Source: Auanema rhodensis
Lineage: Eukaryota > Animalia > Nematoda
DNA: 64,000 nucleotides
Direction: 5' to 3'
NCBI GenBank assembly: GCA_964057225.1
Contig: OZ059900.1
Coordinates: 16,120,001 to 16,184,000 of the forward strand
Shown: positions 13,803 through 23,731 of the stretch, in pieces
How positions within the stretch are numbered: the stretch's first letter is position 1
Layout of the letters: the number at the start of each line of letters is the position of its first letter
Notes under the pieces: model-generated
What the model saw: only the letters and a program-made list of their open reading frames with translations
Database searches by the model: none
Told to the model about the DNA's origin: nothing
Translations under genes and position numbers: made by a program

Positions 13803-14705
13803 GTCGCGTTCTAAATATGATAACTCGCGTACTGGAAAGTTAATTAAAAAAAGAAACGAAACTATCATTGCTATCATCTATTACACAAACAGTCCCTGTT
13901 CATGAAGCTTGATATGATTGAGTAAGCTAAGTCGTATTGTATTAAAGCTGTCATTCAAATATTTGCGTATCGCGTACTGCCTGTTTCCAGTTATATTATC
14001 AGTGCAGGCTCTAAAAATTTTTTCATAATCAAGGAATCACGTTCTAAATATTATAACTCGCGTACAGGAAAGTTAATTAAAAACAGAAACGAAACTATTA
14101 TTGCTATTATCTATTACACAAACAGTCCGTGTTCATGAAGATTGGTATGATTGAGTAAACTAAGTCGTATTGTAATAAAGCTGTCATTCAAATGTTTGCG
14201 TATTGCCTGTTGCCAGTTATATTATCAGTGCAGGCTCTAAACATTTTTCATTATGAAGCAATCGCGTTCTAAATATGATAACTCGCGTACTGGAAAGTTA
14301 ATTAAAAAAAGAAACGAAACTATCATTGCTATCATCTATTACACAAACAGTCCCTGTTCATGAAGCTTGATATAATTGAGTAAACAAAGTCGTATTGTAA
14401 TAAAGCTGTCATTCAAATGTTTGCGTATTGCGTACTGCCTGTTTCCAATTACATTATCAGTGCAGGCTCTGAAAGTTTTTCATAATCAAGGAATCACGTT
14501 CTAAATATTATAACTCGCGTACAGGAAAGTTAATTAAAAACAGAAACGAAACTATTATTGCTATTATATATTACACAAGCAGTCCGTGTTCATGAAGCTT
14601 GATATAATTGAGTAAACTAAGTCGTATTGTAATAAAGCTGTCATTCAAATATTTGCGTATCGCGTACTGCCTGTTTCCAGTTATATTATCAGTGCAGGCT
14701 CTAAA
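12182..14705. repeat. Tandem higher-order duplication of 5 A monomers (1147-bp period)
   Basis: CAGTCGCG at 12654/13801 and TAAACAAAG at 13234/14381. The period 1147 equals 225+233+225+232+232. Confidence 0.85.
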
Positions 14706-17700
14706 AATTTTTCATAATCAAGGAATCACGTTCTAAATATTATAACTCGCGTACAGGAAAGTTAATTAAAAACAGAAACGAAACTATTATTGCTATTATC
14801 TATTACACAAACAGTCCGTGTTCATGAAGATTGGTATGATTGAGTAAACTAAGTCGTATTGTAATAAAGCTGTCATTCAAATGTTTGCGTATTGCGTACT
14901 GCCTGTTTCCAATTATATTATCAGTGCAGGCTCTGAAAGTTTTTATAATCAAGGAATCACGTTCTAAATATTATAACTCGCGTACAGGAAAGTTAATTAA
15001 AAACAGAAACGAAACTATTATTGCTATTATATATTACACAAGCAGTCCGTGTTCATGAAGCTTGATATAATTGAGTAAACTAAGTCGTATTGTAATAAAG
15101 CTGTCATTCAAATGTTTGCGTATTGCGTACTGCCTGTTTCCAATTATATTATCAGTGCAGGCTCTGAAAGTTTTTCATAATCAAGGAATCACGTTCTAAA
15201 TATTATAACTCGCGTACAGGAAAGTTAATTAAAAACAGAAACAAAACTATTATTGCTATTATCTATTACACAAACAGTCCGTGTTCATGAAGATTGGTAT
15301 GATTGAGTAAACTAAGTCGTATTGTAATAAAGCTGTCATTCAAATGTTTGCGTATTGCGTACTGCCTGTTTCCAATTATATTATCAGTGCAGGCTCTGAA
15401 AGTTTTTCATAATCAAGGAATCACGTTCTAAATATTATAACTCGCGTACAGGAAAGTTAATTAAAAACAGAAACGAAACTATTATTGCTATTATATATTA
15501 CACAAGCAGTCCGTGTTCATGAAGCTTGATATAATTGAGTAAACTAAGTCGTATTGTAATAAAGCTGTCATTCAAATGTTTGCGTATTGCGTACTGCCTG
15601 TTTCCAATTATATTATCAGTGCAGGCTCTGAAAGTTTTTCATAATCAAGGAATCACGTTCTAAATATTATAACTCGCGTACAGGAAAGTTAATTAAAAAC
15701 AGAAACGAAACTATTATTGCTATTATCTATTACACAAACAGTCCGTGTTCATGAAGATTGGTATGATTGAGTAAACTAAGTCGTATTGTAATAAAGCTGT
15801 CATTCAAATGTTTGCGTATTGCGTACTGCCTGTTTCCAATTATATTATCAGTGCAGGCTCTGAAAGTTTTTCATAATCAAGGAATCACGTTCTAAATATT
15901 ATAACTCGCGTACAGGAAAGTTAATTAAAAACAGAAACGAAACTATTATTGCTATTATATATTACACAAGCAGTCCGTGTTCATGAAGCTTGATATAATT
16001 GAGTAAACTAAGTCGTATTGTAATAAAGCTGTCATTCAAATGTTTGCGTATTGCGTACTGCCTGTTTCCAATTATATTATCAGTGCAGGCTCTGAAAGTT
16101 TTTCATAATCAAGGAATCACGTTCTAAATATTATAACTCGCGTACAGGAAAGTTAATTAAAAACAGAAACGAAACTATTATTGCTATTATATATTACACA
16201 AGCAGTCCGTGTTCATGAAGCTTGATATAATTGAGTAAACTAAGTCGTATTGTAATAAAGCTGTCATTCAAATATTTGCGTATCGCGTACTGCCTGTTTC
16301 CAGTTATATTATCAGTGCAGGCTCTAAAAATTTTTCATAATCAAGGAATCACGTTCTAAATATTATAACTCGCGTACAGGAAAGTTAATTAAAAACAGAA
16401 ACGAAACTATTATTGCTATTATATATTACACAAGCAGTCCGTGTTCATGAAGCTTGATATAATTGAGTAAACTAAGTCGTATTGTAATAAAGCTGTCATT
16501 CAAATGTTTACGTATTGCGTACTGCCTGTTTCCAATTATATTATCAGTGCAGGCTCTGAAAGTTTTTCATAATCAAGGAATCACGTTCTAAATATTATAA
16601 CTCGCGTACAGGAAAGTTAATTAAAAACAGAAACGAAACTATTATTGCTATTATATATTACACAAGCAGTCCGTGTTCATGAAGCTTGATATAATTGAGT
16701 AAACTAAGTCGTATTGTAATAAAGCTGTCATTCAAATGTTTGCGTATTGCGTACTGCCTGTGTCCAATTATATTATCAGTGCAGGCTCTGAAAGTTTTTC
16801 ATAATCAAGGAATCACGTTCTAAATATTATAACTCGCGTACAGGAAAGTTAATTAAAAACAGAAACGAAACTATTATTGCTATTATATATTACACAAGCA
16901 GTCCGTGTTCATGAAGCTTGATATAATTGAGTAAACTAAGTCGTATTGTAATAAAGCTGTCATTCAAATATTTGCGTATCGCGTACTGCCTGTTTCCAGT
17001 TATATTATCAGTGCAGGCTCTAAAAATTTTTCATAATCAAGGAATCACGTTCTAAATATTATAACTCGCGTACAGGAAAGTTAATTAAAAACAGAAACGA
17101 AACTATTATTGCTATTATCTATTACACAAGCAGTCCGTGTTCATGAAGCTTGATATAATTGAGTAAACTAAGTCGTATTGTAATAAAGCTGTCATTCAAA
17201 TGTTTGCGTATTGCGTACTGCCTGTTTCCAATTATATTATCAGTGCAGGCTCTGAAAGTTTCTCATAATCAAGGAATCACGTTCTAAATATTATAACTCG
17301 CGTACAGGAAAGTTAATTAAAAACAGAAACGAAACTATTATTGCTATTATATATTACACAAGCAGTCCGTGTTCATGAAGCTTGATATAATTGAGTAAAC
17401 TAAGTCGTATTGTAATAAAGCTGTCATTCAAATATTTGCGTATCGCGTACTGCCTGTTTCCAGTTATATTATCAGTGCAGGCTCTAAAAATTTTTCATAA
17501 TCAAGGAATCACGTTCTAAATATTATAACTCGCGTACAGGAAAGTTAATTAAAAACAGAAACGAAACTATTATTGCTATTATCTATTACACAAACAGTCC
17601 GTGTTCATGAAGATTGGTATGATTGAGTAAACTAAGTCGTATTGTAATAAAGCTGTCATTCAAATGTTTGCGTATTGCCTGTTGCCAGTTATATTATCAG

Positions 17701-20700
17701 TGCAGGCTCTAAACATTTTTCATTATGAAGCAATCGCGTTCTAAATATGATAACTCGCGTACTGGAAAAATAATTAAAAAAAGAAACGAAACTATTATTG
17801 CTATTATATATTACACAAGCAGTCCGTGTTCATGAAGCTTGATATAATTGAGTAAACTAAGTCGTATTGTAATAAAGCTGTCATTCAAATGTTTACGTAT
17901 TGCGTACTGCCTGTTTCCAATTATATTATCAGTGCAGGCTCTGAAAGTTTTTCATAATCAAGGAATCACGTTCTAAATATTATAACTCGCGTACAGGAAA
18001 GTTAATTAAAAACAGAAACGAAACTATTATTGCTATTATCTATTACACAAACAGTCCGTGTTCATGAAGATTGGTATGATTGAGTAAACTAAGTCGTATT
18101 GTAATAAAGCTGTCATTCAAATGTTTGCGTATTGCCTGTTGCCAGTTATATTATCAGTGCAGGCTCTAAACATTTTTCATTATGAAGCAATCGCGTTCTA
18201 AATATGATAACTCGCGTACTGGAAAAATAATTAAAAAAAGAAACGAAACTATTATTGCTATTATATATTACACAAGCAGTCCGTGTTCATGAAGCTTGAT
18301 ATAATTGAGTAAACTAAGTCGTATTGTAATAAAGCTGTCATTCAAATGTTTGCGTATTGCGTACTGCCTGTGTCCAATTATATTATCAGTGCAGGCTCTG
18401 AAAGTTTTTCATAATCAAGGAATCACGTTCTAAATATTATAACTCGCGTACAGGAAAGTTAATTAAAAACAGAAACGAAACTATTATTGCTATTATATAT
18501 TACACAAGCAGTCCGTGTTCATGAAGCTTGATATAATTGAGTAAACTAAGTCGTATTGTAATAAAGCTGTCATTCAAATATTTGCGTATCGCGTACTGCC
18601 TGTTTCCAGTTATATTATCAGTGCAGGCTCTAAAAATTTTTCATAATCAAGGAATCACGTTCTAAATATTATAACTCGCGTACAGGAAAGTTAATTAAAA
18701 ACAGAAACGAAACTATTATTGCTATTATCTATTACACAAACATTCCGTGTTCATGAAGATTGGTATGATTGAGTAAACTAAGTCGTATTGTAATAAAGCT
18801 GTCATTCAAATGTTTGCGTATTGCGTACTGCCTGTTTCCAATTATATTATCAGTGCAGGCTCTGAAAGTTTTTCATAATCAAGGAATCACGTTCTAAATA
18901 TTATAACTCGCGTACAGGAAAGTTAATTAAAAACAGAAACGAAACTATTATTGCTATTATATATTACACAAGCAGTCCGTGTTCATGAAGCTTGATATAA
19001 TTGAGTAAACTAAGTCGTATTGTAATAAAGCTGTCATTCAAATGTTTGCGTATTGCGTACTGCCTGTTTCCAATTATATTATCAGTGCAGGCTCTGAAAG
19101 TTTTTCATAATCAAGGAATCACGTTCTAAATATTATAACTCGCGTACAGGAAAGTTAATTAAAAACAGAAACGAAACTATTATTGCTATTATATATTACA
19201 CAAGCAGTCCGTGTTCATGAAGCTTGATATAATTGAGTAAACTAAGTCGTATTGTAATAAAGCTGTCATTCAAATATTTGCGTATCGCGTACTGCCTGTT
19301 TCCAGTTATATTATCAGTGCAGGCTCTAAAAATTTTTCATAATCAAGGAATCACGTTCTAAATATTATAACTCGCGTACAGGAAAGTTAATTAAAAACAG
19401 AAACGAAACTATTATTGCTATTATATATTACACAAGCAGTCCGTGTTCATGAAGCTTGATATAATTGAGTAAACTAAGTCGTATTGTAATAAAGCTGTCA
19501 TTCAAATGTTTGCGTATTGCGTACTGCCTGTTTCCAATTATATTATCAGTGCAGGCTCTGAAAGTTTTACATAATCAAGGAATCACGTTCTAAATATTAT
19601 AACTCGCGTACAGGAAAGTTAATTAAAAACAGAAACGAAACTATTATTGCTATTATATATTACACAAGCAGTCCGTGTTCATGAAGCTTGATATAATTGA
19701 GTAAACTAAGTCGTATTGTAATAAAGCTGTCATTCAAATGTTTGCGTATTGCGTACTGCCTGTGTCCAATTATATTATCAGTGCAGGCTCTGAAAGTTTT
19801 TCATAATCAAGGAATCACGTTCTAAATATTATAACTCGCGTACAGGAAAGTTAATTAAAAACAGAAACGAAACTATTATTGCTATTATATATTACACAAG
19901 CAGTCCGTGTTCATGAAGCTTGATATAATTGAGTAAACTAAGTCGTATTGTAATAAAGCTGTCATTCAAATGTTTGCGTATTGCGTACTGCCTGTTTCCA
20001 ATTATATTATCAGTGCAGGCTCTGAAAGTTTTTCATAATCAAGGAATCACGTTCTAAATATTATAACTCGCGTACAGGAAAGTTAATTAAAAACAGAAAC
20101 GAAACTATTATTGCTATTATCTATTACACAAACAGTCCGTGTTCATGAAGATTGGTATGATTGAGTAAACTAAGTCGTATTGTAATAAAGCTGTCATTCA
20201 AATGTTTGCGTATTGCGTACTGCCTGTTTCCAATTATATTATCAGTGCAGGCTCTGAAAGTTTTTCATAATCAAGGAATCACGTTCTAAATATTATAACT
20301 CGCGTACAGGAAAGTTAATTAAAAACAGAAACGAAACTATTATTGCTATTATATATTACACAAGCAGTCCGTGTTCATGAAGCTTGATATAATTGAGTAA
20401 ACTAAGTCGTATTGTAATAAAGCTGTCATTCAAATATTTGCGTATCGCGTACTGCCTGTTTCCAGTTATATTATCAGTGCAGGCTCTAAAAATTTTTCAT
20501 AATCAAGGAATCACGTTCTAAATATTATAACTCGCGTACAGGAAAGTTAATTAAAAACAGAAACGAAACTATTATTGCTATTATATATTACACAAGCAGT
20601 CCGTGTTCATGAAGCTTGATATAATTGAGTAAACTAAGTCGTATTGTAATAAAGCTGTCATTCAAATGTTTGCGTATTGCGTACTGCCTGTTTCCAATTA

Positions 20701-23700
20701 TATTATCAGTGCAGGCTCTGAAAGTTTTTCATAATCAAGGAATCACGTTCTAAATATTATAACTCGCGTACAGGAAAGTTAATTAAAAACAGAAACGAAA
20801 CTATTATTGCTATTATATATTACACAAGCAGTCCGTGTTCATGAAGCTTGATATAATTGAGTAAACTAAGTCGTATTGTAATAAAGCTGTCATTCAAATA
20901 TTTGCGTATCGCGTACTGCCTGTTTCCAGTTATATTATCAGTGCAGGCTCTAAAAATTTTTCATAATCAAGGAATCACGTTCTAAATATTATAACTCGCG
21001 TACAGGAAAGTTAATTAAAAACAGAAACGAAACTATTATTGCTATTATCTATTACACAAACAGTCCGTGTTCATGAAGATTGGTATGATTGAGTAAACTA
21101 AGTCGTATTGTAATAAAGCTGTCATTCAAATGTTTGCGTATTGCGTACTGCCTGTTTCCAATTATATTATCAGTGCAGGCTCTGAAAGTTTTTCATAATC
21201 AAGGAATCACGTTCTAAATATTATAACTCGCGTACTGGAAAGTTAATTAAAAACAGAAACGAAACTATTATTGCTATTATATATTACACAAGCAGTCCGT
21301 GTTCATGAAGCTTGATATAATTGAGTAAACTAAGTCGTATTGTAATAAAGCTGTCATTCAAATGTTTGCGTATTGCGTACTGCCTGTTTCCAATTATATT
21401 ATCAGTGCAGGCTCTGAAAGTTTTTCATAATCAAGGAATCACGTTCTAAATATTATAACTCGCGTACAGGAAAGTTAATTAAAAACAGAAACGAAACTAT
21501 TATTGCTATTATATATTACACAAGCAGTCCGTGTTCATGAAGCTTGATATAATTGAGTAAACTAAGTCGTATTGTAATAAAGCTGTCATTCAAATATTTG
21601 CGTATCGCGTACTGCCTGTTTCCAGTTATATTATCAGTGCAGGCTCTAAAAATTTTTCATAATCAAGGAATCACGTTCTAAATATTATAACTCGCGTACA
21701 GGAAAGTTAATTAAAAACAGAAACGAAACTATTATTGCTATTATCTATTACACAAACAGTCCGTGTTCATGAAGATTGGTATGATTGAGTAAACTAAGTC
21801 GTATTGTAATAAAGCTGTCATTCAAATGTTTGCGTATTGCCTGTTGCCAGTTATATTATCAGTGCAGGCTCTAAACATTTTTCATTATGAAGCAATCGCG
21901 TTCTAAATATGATAACTCGCGTACTGGAAAGTTAATTAAAAAAAGAAACGAAACTATCATTGCTATCATCTATTACACAAACAGTCCCTGTTCATGAAGC
22001 TTGATATGATTGAGTAAGCTAAGTCGTATTGTATTAAAGCTGTCATTCAAATGTTTGCGTATTGCGTACTGCCTGTTTCCAATTATATTATCAGTGCAGG
22101 CTCTGAAAGTTTTTCATAATCAAGGAATCACGTTCTAAATATTATAACTCGCGTACAGGAAAGTTAATTAAAAACAGAAACGAAACTATTATTGCTATTA
22201 TATATTACACAAGCAGTCCGTGTTCATGAAGCTTGATATAATTGAGTAAACTAAGTCGTATTGTAGTAAAGCTGTCATTCAAATATTTGCGTATCGCGTA
22301 CTGCCTGTTTCCAGTTATATTATCAGTGCAGGCTCTAAAAATTTTTCATAATCAAGGAATCACGTTCTAAATATTATAACTCGCGTACAGGAAAGTTAAT
22401 TAAAAACAGAAACGAAACTATTATTGCTATTATATATTACACAAGCAGTCCGTGTTCATGAAGCTTGATATAATTGAGTAAACTAAGTCGTATTGTAATA
22501 AAGCTGTCATTCAAATGTTTGCGTATTGCGTACTGCCTGTTTCCAATTATATTATCAGTGCAGGCTCTGAAAGTTTTTCATAATCAAGGAATCACGTTCT
22601 AAATATTATAACTCGCGTACAGGAAAGTTAATTAAAAACAGAAACGAAACTATTATTGCTATTATATATTACACAAGCAGTCCGTGTTCATGAAGCTTGA
22701 TATAATTGAGTAAACTAAGTCGTATTGTAATAAAGCTGTCATTCAAATGTTTGCGTATTGCGTACTGCCTGTGTCCAATTATATTATCAGTGCAGGCTCT
22801 GAAAGTTTTTCATAATCAAGGAATCACGTTCTAAATATTATAACTCGCGTACAGGAAAGTTAATTAAAAACAGAAACGAAACTATTATTGCTATTATATA
22901 TTACACAAGCAGTCCGTGTTCATGAAGCTTGATATAATTGAGTAAACTAAGTCGTATTGTAATAAAGCTGTCATTCAAATATTTGCGTATCGCGTACTGC
23001 CTGTTTCCAGTTATATTATCAGTGCAGGCTCTAAAAATTTTTCATAATCAAGGAATCACGTTCTAAATATTATAACTCGCGTACAGGAAAGTTAATTAAA
23101 AACAGAAACGAAACTATTATTGCTATTATCTATTACACAAACAGTCCGTGTTCATGAAGATTGGTATGATTGAGTAAACTAAGTCGTATTGTAATAAAGC
23201 TGTCATTCAAATGTTTGCGTATTGCGTACTGCCTGTTTCCAATTATATTATCAGTGCAGGCTCTGAAAGTTTTTCATAATCAAGGAATCACGTTCTAAAT
23301 ATTATAACTCGCGTACTGGAAAGTTAATTAAAAACAGAAACGAAACTATTATTGCTATTATATATTACACAAGCAGTCCGTGTTCATGAAGCTTGATATA
23401 ATTGAGTAAACTAAGTCGTATTGTAATAAAGCTGTCATTCAAATGTTTGCGTATTGCGTACTGCCTGTTTCCAATTATATTATCAGTGCAGGCTCTGAAA
23501 GTTTTTCATAATCAAGGAATCACGTTCTAAATATTATAACTCGCGTACAGGAAAGTTAATTAAAAACAGAAACGAAACTATTATTGCTATTATATATTAC
23601 ACAAGCAGTCCGTGTTCATGAAGCTTGATATAATTGAGTAAACTAAGTCGTATTGTAATAAAGCTGTCATTCAAATGTTTGCGTATTGCGTACTGCCTGT

Positions 23701-23727
23701 TTCCAATTATATTATCAGTGCAGGCTC

Positions 23728-23731
23728 TGAA
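23728..23731. other. Direct satellite A / satellite B junction with 4-bp microhomology TGAA
   Basis: The junction reads CAGGCTC-TGAA-GCATTTTAC. Array A would continue CAGGCTC-TGAA-AGTTTTTC, and array B normally reads CTAAAA-TGAA-GCATTTTAC. No inserted bases. Confidence 0.95.

Larger units (their letters stand above)
1..23731. repeat. Satellite array A, ~232-bp monomer (variants include 225/231/233/240 bp), about 103 head-to-tail copies, continues off the left edge
   Basis: The anchor CATGAAG recurs at 87, 327, 552, 777 (spacings 240, 225, 225) and mostly every 232 bp after 14.4 kb. Consensus: TGAAAGTTTTTCATAATCAAGGAATCACGTTCTAAATATTATAACTCGCGTACAGGAAAGTTAATTAAAAACAGAAACGAAACTATTATTGCTATTATCTATTACACAAACAGTCCGTGTTCATGAAGCTTGATATAATTGAGTAAACTAAGTCGTATTGTAATAAAGCTGTCATTCAAATGTTTGCGTATTGCGTACTGCCTGTTTCCAATTATATTATCAGTGCAGGCTC (74/232 G+C). 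No unique spacer was seen between copies. Confidence 0.99.

Noticed and set aside
104-15058. Six 72-75 aa plus-strand ORFs (MSKLS...SPCS)
   Set aside because: Each is one satellite monomer starting at TTG. The frame is open only in copies with a 1-bp deletion (TTTTATAATC), while most copies are frameshifted. No recognisable domain or selection for frame.
19561-19575. A-monomer variant TGAAAGTTTTACAT resembling B's TTTTACAT at the junction-equivalent site
   Set aside because: One T>A substitution in one copy is too little to infer conversion from B.
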